This document shows, piece by piece, positions 20,697 through 29,134 of a stretch of DNA of 56,374 nucleotides. Origin of the DNA: a virus (Duplodnaviria > Caudoviricetes); IMG/VR virus record IMGVR_UViG_3300033273_000167, positions 1 to 56,374 of that record. The stretch is one strand, 5' to 3'. Position numbers and translations under genes: made by a program. Each line of letters starts with the position of its first letter. The stretch's first letter is position 1. The notes under the pieces were generated by a model. It searched no databases, was not told where the DNA came from, and saw nothing but the letters and a program-made list of their open reading frames with translations.

Positions 20697-21362
20697 ATGA
20701 AACTGTCTGATAATGCCCTCGCAATCCTTAAGAACTTTGCTGGAATTAACAACTCGATTCTTGTGAAGGAGGGTAACAAACTCCGCACTATTTCTGTTGC
20801 AAAGAACATTCTTGCCGAAGCAGAAATCAAAGAAGAGTTCCCCCGTGACTTTGCCATTTATGATCTGAACCAGTTTCTGAATGGTCTGAGTCTGCACCAA
20901 GATCCTGATCTTGATTTTCAGCAGGACACGTATCTGAGCATCAAAGAAGGCAAGCGTCGTGTGAAGTACTTCTTTGCCGATCCTAATGTCATCATTGCTC
21001 CTCCTGAAAAGGACATCACTCTTCCTACTCAGGATGTTTGCTTCCAGATGGATAGTGTAACTCTTGAGAAACTGGTGAAAGCAGCAGCAGTTTATCAACT
21101 TCCCGATCTCTCTGCAATTGGTGAGGCAGGTGTGATCAAACTGGTTGTTCGTGATAAGAAGAATGATACTTCTAACGAATATGCAATTGTGGTTGGTGAG
21201 ACTGACAAAGAGTTTACTTTCAACTTCAAGGTAGAAAACATCAAGATTATTCCTGGTGCCTACGATGTAGTTGTGTCATCTAAACTTCTGTCCCAGTTTA
21301 CCAATACTCAGCACAATCTGAAGTATTATATTGCTCTGGAACCTGACTCTACATTTGGATGA
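20697..21362 (+). CDS. gp45: Sliding clamp
   Basis: MKLS...ILKNFAGINNSI, FAIYDLNQFL, YYIALE. Confidence 0.96.
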   Translation: MKLSDNALAILKNFAGINNSILVKEGNKLRTISVAKNILAEAEIKEEFPRDFAIYDLNQFLNGLSLHQDPDLDFQQDTYLSIKEGKRRVKYFFADPNVIIAPPEKDITLPTQDVCFQMDSVTLEKLVKAAAVYQLPDLSAIGEAGVIKLVVRDKKNDTSNEYAIVVGETDKEFTFNFKVENIKIIPGAYDVVVSSKLLSQFTNTQHNLKYYIALEPDSTFG

Positions 21363-21694
21363 GGCATATACTTTTTACTCTAAAACAATGTCCCTTTGGA
21401 CTTTTGGATGATGAGGCACATATTCGCAATGTTCTTGCCAATGCTGCACAATTGTCTGAAAGCACATTGCTGGATATTTCTTCCCACAAGTTCAGTCCTT
21501 GTGGGGTAACTGCCATAGCACTTCTTGCGGAGTCACACATTTCAATTCACACATGGCCTGAAAAACATATGGCAGTTTGTGATGTGTTTACTTGTGGGGA
21601 GCATACAAATCCTAGATCTGGTGCTACCTACATGTATGAAGCAATGGGTGCTAAAGATATTGTAAGTGAATTTTTTACTAGACCATTGAAATGA
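21359..21694 (+). CDS. speD: Pyruvoyl-dependent SAM decarboxylase-family proenzyme
   Basis: LLAESHISIHTWPE self-cleavage motif; DVFTCG. Confidence 0.92.
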   Translation: MRHILFTLKQCPFGLLDDEAHIRNVLANAAQLSESTLLDISSHKFSPCGVTAIALLAESHISIHTWPEKHMAVCDVFTCGEHTNPRSGATYMYEAMGAKDIVSEFFTRPLK

Positions 21695-22632
21695 GTGATT
21701 TTATTTGGGTTGAGAAGTATCGACCAAAAACAATTGAAGAATGTATTCTTCCAGAGAGCACTAAAAAAACGTTCCAATCTTTCCTAGATAAAGGAGAGAT
21801 TCCTAATATGCTTCTTGCTGGTCCTCCTGGTATCGGGAAGACTACAGTGGCAAAGGCACTCTGTAATGAACTTGGGGTAGATTGCTATGTCATCAATGGA
21901 TCCGATGAAGGACGTTTTCTCGATACGGTCAGAAACAATGCGAAAAACTTTGCTTCGACCGTCTCACTTTCATCAACTGCAAAACACAAAGTCATCATCA
22001 TTGATGAGGCAGATAACACGTCCAATGATGTACAACTCCTCTTACGGGCGTTTATTGAGGAGTTTGCTGGTAACTGCAGATTCATCTTCACCTGCAATTA
22101 CAAAAACAAAATCCTCGAACCACTTCATTCCCGTTGCACAGTGGTTGAATTCGGAATTAGGGGAAAAGATCGACAAACCATTGCCGCCCAGTTCTTCAAA
22201 CGTATCCAACAAATCTTGGATACAGAAGGTATTGAATATGATAACAAGGTCCTGGTAGAACTCATCAATAAGCACTTTCCCGATTGGAGGAGAGTTCTTA
22301 ATGAGTGTCAACGATATTCTGTCAGTGGAAAGATTGACTCTGGCATTCTTGCTACGTTCTCTGATGTTGCTGTAAATGAACTTGTCAAAAATCTTAAGGA
22401 TAAGAACTTTGCTGAGGTGCGAAAGTGGATCGTTAGTAATCTGGACAATGATACTACTGTACTTCTCCGTCGCATTTATGATGCTTGCTACGAAGCCTTG
22501 GTTCCTGGTTTTATTCCTGCTGCTGTCCTTATTCTCGCTAAGTATCAGTATCAGGGAGCGTTCGTAGCAGATCAAGAGATAAATATGCTTGCTTGTCTAA
22601 CTGAACTAATGGTGGAGTGTGAATTCAAATGA
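21691..22632 (+). CDS. gp44: Clamp loader large subunit
   Basis: WVEKYRP, GPPGIGKT, IIDEAD, LHSRC. Confidence 0.97.
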   Translation: MSDFIWVEKYRPKTIEECILPESTKKTFQSFLDKGEIPNMLLAGPPGIGKTTVAKALCNELGVDCYVINGSDEGRFLDTVRNNAKNFASTVSLSSTAKHKVIIIDEADNTSNDVQLLLRAFIEEFAGNCRFIFTCNYKNKILEPLHSRCTVVEFGIRGKDRQTIAAQFFKRIQQILDTEGIEYDNKVLVELINKHFPDWRRVLNECQRYSVSGKIDSGILATFSDVAVNELVKNLKDKNFAEVRKWIVSNLDNDTTVLLRRIYDACYEALVPGFIPAAVLILAKYQYQGAFVADQEINMLACLTELMVECEFK

Positions 22633-22633
22633 A
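22614..22633 (+). repeat. 20-bp direct repeat, copy 1
   Basis: GGAGTGTGAATTCAAATGAA, identical to 23033-23052. Confidence 0.95.
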
Positions 22634-23051
22634 AGGTATGAATGGGTTAGTCGGAATCTTTGAGGGAATGACAAAAAATCAAAAAACTCAAATGGGTGTT
22701 GCAAGATCTCAAGTTTATTTTACTCAACGAGGATATATTTGTCATCCAACTCCACCTGATTGTCAATGTGATTGGGATATTATTATCTCAAAACCAAATG
22801 AAAGTCCACTAAAAGTTCAAGTAAAAACAACTGGAAATAAGGTTAAAAGTGGAAACTATGCCGTTGGTTTAAAAGATGGTGGATATATAGATGGAGCATT
22901 TGGAAAAGTTCCTAAAGACTATGATATCCTGTATGCTTTGGATGCGGATGGAAATGAGTGTATTTGGGAACAACATGAACTTACTGAAAATGTTCATTCA
23001 GTTCATATGAAAAAAGTATTAGGAAGAATTGAGGAGTGTGAATTCAAATGA
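22629..23051 (+). CDS. PD-(D/E)XK-family putative homing endonuclease
   Basis: CDWDIII...KVQVKT motif and YDILY, typical of small PD-(D/E)XK mobile endonucleases; flanked by a 20-bp direct repeat. Confidence 0.75.
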   Translation: MKGMNGLVGIFEGMTKNQKTQMGVARSQVYFTQRGYICHPTPPDCQCDWDIIISKPNESPLKVQVKTTGNKVKSGNYAVGLKDGGYIDGAFGKVPKDYDILYALDADGNECIWEQHELTENVHSVHMKKVLGRIEECEFK

Positions 23052-23052
23052 A
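23033..23052 (+). repeat. 20-bp direct repeat, copy 2
   Basis: GGAGTGTGAATTCAAATGAA, identical to 22614-22633. Confidence 0.95.
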
Positions 23053-23335
23053 TGTAAAACTGATTCGTATGTGGTCCGGTGAAGATGTTGTTGCCGACCT
23101 GATTGAAGAAAAAGAAGACTCTATCGTCTTTTGTAATCCTATTGTTGCCGTTCCTGCTGGTAATGGTCAGATGGGATTTGCTTCCTGGTCTCCTCTTCTC
23201 AAAGGAAAGGGTGAAGAACTGGAAGTAACTAAAAAGTATATTGTATACATTGCTGATACTCAAGAACAAATTGAGGAACAATATCAGGAAATGTTCTCTG
23301 TCTTGAAAACACCAAGTAAGAAGTTGGTACTATGA
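23048..23335 (+). CDS. Hypothetical protein (possible Sm-like fold)
   Basis: VKLIRMWSGEDVVA; ATGA coupling. Confidence 0.8.
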   Translation: MNVKLIRMWSGEDVVADLIEEKEDSIVFCNPIVAVPAGNGQMGFASWSPLLKGKGEELEVTKKYIVYIADTQEQIEEQYQEMFSVLKTPSKKLVL

Positions 23336-23532
23336 AAAGTAAAAGAACAAAACTACTGGCACAAATGAAATCATCTCATTATTACATTTTTTGGGGAATT
23401 GCTACTGCTGCAGTTGTCTTCGGTCAACTTTATGTTGGAACTGGGTATCGTGTATTGCATCAGGATATGCGAGAACTGCTGAATAAGGTTGATGGAGTTC
23501 TTCTTCATAGAAATGATAGGGGTCTATTATGA
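23332..23532 (+). CDS. Small membrane protein
   Basis: One hydrophobic segment; ATGA coupling. Confidence 0.7.
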   Translation: MKSKRTKLLAQMKSSHYYIFWGIATAAVVFGQLYVGTGYRVLHQDMRELLNKVDGVLLHRNDRGLL

Positions 23533-23789
23533 GTCTTCTGAAAATTGATTATAAAACTTTGATTGAACCAAGAGTGAAGACCACACCCCAGAACGTTCAA
23601 GAGGCAAATGAAGCACTGTTTCGTGCTAAAATGACACTACCTGCTGCCGCAAAGCATTGTGGTATGACCCATAAGGAAATGAAGTTGACCTTTTGGGAAT
23701 TTTTGAAGTACAACAAACCTGATTATGAAATCCCTGAAATCTCTGAAAACACCTCTTCGGTATCCGGGAGGGAAGTCGAAAGCAATTAA
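23529..23789 (+). CDS. Hypothetical protein (possible HTH)
   Basis: MTLPAAAKHCGMT resembles an HTH; overlaps the start of dam. Confidence 0.65.
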   Translation: MSLLKIDYKTLIEPRVKTTPQNVQEANEALFRAKMTLPAAAKHCGMTHKEMKLTFWEFLKYNKPDYEIPEISENTSSVSGREVESN

Positions 23790-24621
23790 AACTCTTTCTC
23801 AGTGGTATCCAAAAGTAATTACTGAGTATCGTGAACCATTCATTGGTGGTGGTTCTATTGCTATTGATATAACTAAGGCAAATCCAGACATTCCTGTCTG
23901 GATCAATGACCTGTATGTGCCTCTCTATAATTTCTGGGTACAACTGCGTGATCGTGGGCAGGACCTCTCTGAGAGTGTCAGAGAACAGAAAGAGAAGATG
24001 CTTGAGAGTGGCACACAAGATGAGAAGGATAAGTTTGCTAGGGATCTGTTTGATCGTTATGCCAATGAAATTGACACATATGATAATTTCCAGAAGGCAG
24101 TCGCATTCTTTATCATGAACAAGTGTAGTTATTCTGGTTTGACTGAGAACAGCACTTTCTCACGCACTGCTGCTAATGCTAATTTTTCTTTGGTTGGTGC
24201 AGATAAACTTGCTCAATTTTCTGGGGTAATCAAAAACTGGAAGATTACTAATATTGATTACTCTGAAGTAATGAATGCCGATGGACCTGAGAATACTTTT
24301 GTGTTCCTTGATCCTCCTTATGACATCAAAGACTTTCTGTATGGAAAGAATCGTGAGATGCATAAATCATTCGATCATGAGGTATTTGCTGAAAATGTAT
24401 ATAAGTGTCCTCATAATTTTATGATCACTTATAACGATAATGAAAGATTGAGAGAACTATACAAAAATTATTATCTCAATGAATGGAAACTCCGTTATTC
24501 AATGGTTCATCGTGGTGATAAGAATACAGATGACAATGTGAAGACTGAACTTCTGATAACAAACTACGATATTACTGGTAGTGATAATAGTGTAATCCTC
24601 AATCTTCTTCTTGATCTATGA
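23725..24621 (+). CDS. dam: DNA adenine methyltransferase (D12 class)
   Basis: LRYPGGKS, EPFIGGGS, FLDPPY. Confidence 0.92.
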   Translation: MKSLKSLKTPLRYPGGKSKAIKTLSQWYPKVITEYREPFIGGGSIAIDITKANPDIPVWINDLYVPLYNFWVQLRDRGQDLSESVREQKEKMLESGTQDEKDKFARDLFDRYANEIDTYDNFQKAVAFFIMNKCSYSGLTENSTFSRTAANANFSLVGADKLAQFSGVIKNWKITNIDYSEVMNADGPENTFVFLDPPYDIKDFLYGKNREMHKSFDHEVFAENVYKCPHNFMITYNDNERLRELYKNYYLNEWKLRYSMVHRGDKNTDDNVKTELLITNYDITGSDNSVILNLLLDL

Positions 24622-25001
24622 CCGAACTGAAAGACTGGCTCAACTCTATCAATCAAACTAAGAAGCATTTGATTGATGAAGATCCCTCATTGGAAAAAGA
24701 GTATCCTCCTTATATTGTTAACCGTTGTTTCTCCGGACACATCGATACTTTGATGTTTGCCAATGAGATGAATAAGTATAACTTTCTTCCAAAGAAACTG
24801 CAATATGATTTCTTTATAAATATTGTGAGGAAAAAGAAGAGGTTCTCTCCCTGGCTCCGACAAGATAAGATCAAAGATCTTGATTATGTCAAACGTTATT
24901 ATGGTTATAGTAATGAAAAGGCAAAACAAGCACTACGGATCTTGACAAAAGAACAACTTACATTTATTAAATCAAAATTTGATACTGGAGGATCGAAATG
25001 A
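24618..25001 (+). CDS. gp62: Clamp loader small subunit
   Basis: YPPYIVNR, KKKRFSPW, YYGYSNEKA; precedes regA. Confidence 0.93.
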   Translation: MTELKDWLNSINQTKKHLIDEDPSLEKEYPPYIVNRCFSGHIDTLMFANEMNKYNFLPKKLQYDFFINIVRKKKRFSPWLRQDKIKDLDYVKRYYGYSNEKAKQALRILTKEQLTFIKSKFDTGGSK

Positions 25002-25438
25002 GTGTCGTTAGAGAAAGTGAAGTGAAATGGTCACCAGAACAAATGGTGGAAGTGCTTCTTGGTGAACCAGATGACTTCCTAAAAGTACGTGAAACTTTGA
25101 CTCGTATCGGAGTTGCATCTAGGAAAGAGAAGAAAATCTATCAGTCCTGTCATATTCTTCACAAGCAAGGTAGATACTTCCTTGTTCATTTTAAGGAATT
25201 GTTTGCACTTGACGGTAAACATGCAAACTTGACAAAGAACGATGTTCAACGTCGGAACCGTATTGCTCAACTGCTTGCTGATTGGGGTCTTATTGGCATT
25301 GTTGATGTAGAGAAGATTCAAGATATCGCACCACTTAATCAGATCAAAGTCTTGGCATATAAGGATAAGCAAGACTGGATTCTTGAGACCAAGTACAACA
25401 TCGGTTCTAAGAAGAAGAGAACCGAAGAAACTGAATGA
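24998..25438 (+). CDS. regA: Translational repressor RegA
   Basis: DDFLKVRETLTRIG, CHILHKQG, VHFKELF. Confidence 0.97.
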   Translation: MSVVRESEVKWSPEQMVEVLLGEPDDFLKVRETLTRIGVASRKEKKIYQSCHILHKQGRYFLVHFKELFALDGKHANLTKNDVQRRNRIAQLLADWGLIGIVDVEKIQDIAPLNQIKVLAYKDKQDWILETKYNIGSKKKRTEETE

Positions 25439-26340
25439 AGTTTCAAAAGTGTGGTCAATTATATAAATTTAACTCTGACAATATAATTACCAATAAAATA
25501 GAAACGATTGAGATTGTAGAAGAAACAAAAAGTATAGTTGACTTTATCATTTCTTCTACAATTGGTATTTTTGATTGCGAACCAAATTCTGTCTATCTCA
25601 GAGGATCTTGCATTGACAGAAAAATAGAAAATAATACAACTATCGATATTGATATTGTTTTTGTTTTTGATGACGAAACTTTTTATAATAAAGTTTACAA
25701 TTTAAGAGAAGAAATTTCTTTTTGTAAGTTTCCATATGTGGAAAACAAAATGTTTATTACTGATGCTCAAAAAGAAATTGAAAAAAATATTTTAGAAAAA
25801 TTTAAAAAAAATGTAGAGATTGATGTTGAGTTATCATGTGAAGAATTTTTTCAAGAAGACTATCAAAAAAGATTTTTATCTAAACAAGTTTATGGCACAG
25901 GAAAAAATTTATCCCTATCAAGATTAAGCAAAGAAATTTTTTATCAATCACTAAAAAGTGACATATTACCAAACAGAAAAAAATATTGTCTAAAAAAACT
26001 TTATGAATTAAAAAACCAATTTTACCTGAAGGTAAATTTTTTTGATGGTGCGGAAATTAGAGTTCTTAAGAGTTTGATAAAATTATTTTATAGGCAATAT
26101 TCTTTAGATCTGCATCTTAATGAAAATTGTTTTAGTAAAGATGTTTACTATTGCCATAACATCCTAATTAAAACTTATCCACAATTGTCGAGTTACATTG
26201 AGAAAGTTCTTGATTTATTCTTAAATGTTGATAATTATTCTCATAATGATATACGATTGATATTGACTGAGTTGGAATATGTTATCAATGAAATTGAGTA
26301 TCTTTCTGATAATTATAATGAAGTAGAACTTTTCGTATAA
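25435..26340 (+). CDS. Putative Pol-beta-superfamily nucleotidyltransferase (very AT-rich gene)
   Basis: VYLRGS...DIDIVFV (GS plus DxD), a later VEIDVE, and a helical C-terminal region. Confidence 0.7.
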   Translation: MKFQKCGQLYKFNSDNIITNKIETIEIVEETKSIVDFIISSTIGIFDCEPNSVYLRGSCIDRKIENNTTIDIDIVFVFDDETFYNKVYNLREEISFCKFPYVENKMFITDAQKEIEKNILEKFKKNVEIDVELSCEEFFQEDYQKRFLSKQVYGTGKNLSLSRLSKEIFYQSLKSDILPNRKKYCLKKLYELKNQFYLKVNFFDGAEIRVLKSLIKLFYRQYSLDLHLNENCFSKDVYYCHNILIKTYPQLSSYIEKVLDLFLNVDNYSHNDIRLILTELEYVINEIEYLSDNYNEVELFV

Positions 26341-26390
26341 ACTAAAAAAAACTGAATAAATATAAGGAGGTATGCATACCTTCTTTTTTA

Positions 26391-27731
26391 ATGGGTAGAC
26401 TAAGTATAAAATCAAAAAGTTTTAAAGAATATTATCAAAACGAAATTGATAAGAAAAAACTTGCTGCTCAAAAATTAAAAGAAGAACAAAAAAAAGAATT
26501 TAAAAGACAACAAATAGAAGAAATAGTAAGACGTTATAAATCTGATTGGAGAAGTGAACTTGATGAGGCAATGACCACTAGTGCATTGATGTCCACAGTT
26601 CTCCCTGCAGAGGGTGAGGTTGATCTTAGCACTGCAGTTCCAACTTTTACTTTTTCGGGTCCTGGTCATGGTGGTGGATTTAATTCGGATCATAAATCGT
26701 TTATAAGTCAACATAGTCAATACGATACTGTAGTTGTAAGAGTTACTTCTAGTAGCTCTGATTGGTCACTGCATCCTGATGGACCATCTCTGACTGATGA
26801 TGAGGCTTTTAGCACCATCGGATCAGGTGGAGTGGGTAGTAAGATAGTTGTGATACCCTTAGATAGAAGATACACAGGATTTTTTTATACCGCAAGAGAT
26901 GATGGTAGTATTACGTTTAGAACCACATTTCAACGAAGATCTCCATTGAATGTGTTTGTTGCTCTTGATGATCCAGAGGCAAGTGCTTTTATTCGGGATG
27001 GTTCTACAGATAACTTATCCAGAGCAGAAAAGAAAAAGAAACTTGAAGACCATCTAAAATCAGGTCAAGAATATTTGGATAAAATGTTTGGTGAGGGTAT
27101 GCCAAAAGGTGCTACTGAGATTTCAGACTATGAACCACAGCAGAGTTTTTCTCATATTGCACAAGCATTACCATATACTGATGAGGATGATGCATTTGAT
27201 AATGATTACTATAAAGGTCCACCACCAGACATAGATGACGACTCTGACTTTGATCCTGATAGTTTTGAATATGCATCTGCCGATTTTCCGAAAGGAGATC
27301 CTTCTAAGGCTCCACTGCCGATACGGAATCCTATGAGTCCTGGGATGCCAGGAAGACCAGGAAGTGGTGGTCGTCCATTCACTGGAGGACCAGGGAGAGG
27401 TTCTTACCCGATGGCAAAGGCAAAAAGAAAAATGCAGATTGCTCACCATGAACCACAGGGAGAATTTCTTGAAGAGAAAAAGAGACTCAAGTCTCCAAAG
27501 AATGTTGTTGATAAAATTCCTGGTTATTATGATGGTAAACCGGCACCACTTGGTTTCCCAATAGAAGAACCACCTAAGATGAAGAATGGATATCATCCCG
27601 ATTTGGTGGATGGTAAGAAGGTGGCAAATAGATATAACCGATTAGATCCGATTAGTGCTAAGGCAATGCCACCAACCGGTAATCCACATATTGATAGAAA
27701 GGTCAGAGCAGCAGCAAAAAAATCGAAGTAG
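26391..27731 (+). CDS. Hypothetical modular protein, possible internal virion protein
   Basis: 446 aa with charged, acidic and Pro/Gly-rich blocks; upstream TAAATA. Confidence 0.75.
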   Translation: MGRLSIKSKSFKEYYQNEIDKKKLAAQKLKEEQKKEFKRQQIEEIVRRYKSDWRSELDEAMTTSALMSTVLPAEGEVDLSTAVPTFTFSGPGHGGGFNSDHKSFISQHSQYDTVVVRVTSSSSDWSLHPDGPSLTDDEAFSTIGSGGVGSKIVVIPLDRRYTGFFYTARDDGSITFRTTFQRRSPLNVFVALDDPEASAFIRDGSTDNLSRAEKKKKLEDHLKSGQEYLDKMFGEGMPKGATEISDYEPQQSFSHIAQALPYTDEDDAFDNDYYKGPPPDIDDDSDFDPDSFEYASADFPKGDPSKAPLPIRNPMSPGMPGRPGSGGRPFTGGPGRGSYPMAKAKRKMQIAHHEPQGEFLEEKKRLKSPKNVVDKIPGYYDGKPAPLGFPIEEPPKMKNGYHPDLVDGKKVANRYNRLDPISAKAMPPTGNPHIDRKVRAAAKKSK

Positions 27732-27764
27732 TGTATTCCGAACTCTTAATTTTTAAAAGTGTGC

Positions 27765-27829
27765 TATAAATATATGTGGATGCCTTCGGGGTCCACACAA
27801 TCAAATCTCGCTTTACAAGGAGAAGTACA
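27765..27829 (+). promoter_or_regulatory. hsp20 leader: late promoter, UUCG hairpin and SD-occluding ROSE-like hairpin
   Basis: TATAAATA at 27765; TGTGGATGCC-TTCG-GGGTCCACA at 27775-27797; TCTC(G)CTT pairs with AAGGAGA at 27806-27823. Confidence 0.6.
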
Positions 27830-28264
27830 ATGACTGACTTAATGAAGTATAACGCCGCTAATTTGAATCAGCTGTTAGATCGTATAAATAGAAACAGCAT
27901 TGGTATGGAAGAATACTTTGATCGTCTGTTTAATCTGCACGAAACGACGACAAACTATCCTCCGTACAATCTAGTCACGGTTAGTAACGTAGAATCGAGA
28001 CTAGAACTAGCATTAGCAGGTTTCAAAAAGAAAGAAGTTTATGTCTACACACAAGACGGTAAACTCTTTGTCGAGGGACAAAAGGAAGACAAAGAGACAG
28101 GAACAGAATATGTCCACCGAGGAGTGGCTCAGAGATCTTTCACCAGATCTTGGACCCTCTCAGATGAAACGGAAGTTAGATCAGTTGTATTTGAGGATGG
28201 GTTACTGAGTATTACACTTGGTAAAGTCGTCCCAGATCATCACCAAAGGAAGGATTATTTGTAA
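27830..28264 (+). CDS. hsp20: Small heat-shock protein (IbpA/Hsp20)
   Basis: NYPPYN, LALAGF, HRGVAQRSFTRSWTL, FEDGLL; AGGAG SD before ATG 27830. Confidence 0.95.
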   Translation: MTDLMKYNAANLNQLLDRINRNSIGMEEYFDRLFNLHETTTNYPPYNLVTVSNVESRLELALAGFKKKEVYVYTQDGKLFVEGQKEDKETGTEYVHRGVAQRSFTRSWTLSDETEVRSVVFEDGLLSITLGKVVPDHHQRKDYL

Positions 28265-28354
28265 ATTCTGACGAATTTCTGCTGCCATTTATACAGAAAT
28301 GTATCGTAGTGATACAATATAATATAGATAGTTATGTACTAAGGAGGACGACTT

Positions 28355-28438
28355 ATGAACTTCACAGCCGCCACTCTTACAATTGGGACCGTAATGACTC
28401 TTTTTTTCAACGGTCTCCTTGGGAGCGCATTTCCCTAA
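28355..28438 (+). CDS. Putative 27-aa hydrophobic peptide; not in the ORF track
   Basis: AAGGAGG SD at 28341-28347; MNFTAATLTIGTVMTLFFNGLLGSAFP. Confidence 0.55.
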   Translation: MNFTAATLTIGTVMTLFFNGLLGSAFP

Positions 28439-28502
28439 TGGACCCCCTACAGCAGAAATCTTTCTAACAACTCCATAAATAAAACTGAATATCGTCGCCG
28501 CA

Positions 28503-28543
28503 GGGGATCGACTGGCAAAATCCAGTTGACTTCCCCTTTTTTT
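28503..28543 (+). terminator. Long hairpin plus U-run (terminator or 3' end of a small RNA)
   Basis: GGGGA-TCGACTGG-CAAAAT-CCAGTTGA-CT-TCCCC followed by T7. Confidence 0.75.
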
Positions 28544-28554
28544 ATTGGTATAAT
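28526..28554 (+). promoter_or_regulatory. Near-consensus sigma70 promoter for the gp43 operon
   Basis: TTGACT-N17-TATAAT with an extended TG. Confidence 0.8.
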
Positions 28555-28575
28555 AGTCCGAGAAGTAAACTAAAA

Positions 28576-28917
28576 ATGTCGATTAAGATTGCACTATTGA
28601 AATCTGGTGAGTCAGTTATTGCTGATATTAAGGAACTTGTACAGGAAGATCAACTTCGTGGATATCTTTTCAAGCAACCTTTTGCTGTAAATATGTCACC
28701 TTCATATGGATTTCTTACAGAAGATGAATCTGGTGAGGATGATGATAACATGAGTGTATCATTTAGTCCCTGGATTCCTTTTACCACTGATGAAGAAATT
28801 CCTGTGCGATATGATTGGTTGGTGACAGTCGTAAGTCCGGCAAAAGAAATTCAAGAACTTTATGAGGAGATGATCAATGGACAAAGTGATCAAAGTAATT
28901 CTACTGACGAACAGTGA
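28576..28917 (+). CDS. Hypothetical protein (possible Sm-like fold)
   Basis: LLKSGESVIADI, FSPWIP. Confidence 0.8.
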   Translation: MSIKIALLKSGESVIADIKELVQEDQLRGYLFKQPFAVNMSPSYGFLTEDESGEDDDNMSVSFSPWIPFTTDEEIPVRYDWLVTVVSPAKEIQELYEEMINGQSDQSNSTDEQ

Positions 28918-29134
28918 GAGGTTGATTAGTGAGATTGTAGAAATTGGTGCCGACATTGGTGAACCAGACTGCAAACTTATTAATCCTATGGAAATCTGGG
29001 AGGGGAATAATCTTTGCTCTTGGATGATGGATCATACTAATCAAACAGAGTTTATGATTAGTTCCGATAAAATTATTACTATTGCTGATCCGAATTCGGA
29101 TCTTCTTGAAAAATACTTGGAAAAAATCAACTGA
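28877..29134 (+). CDS. Hypothetical protein
   Basis: ADIGEPDCKLINP; coupled to gp43. Confidence 0.8.
   Translation: MDKVIKVILLTNSERLISEIVEIGADIGEPDCKLINPMEIWEGNNLCSWMMDHTNQTEFMISSDKIITIADPNSDLLEKYLEKIN

Noticed and set aside
28300-28316. NtcA binding site
   Set aside because: The spacing is GTA-N9-TAC rather than the canonical N8, so it is kept only as an unassigned palindrome.
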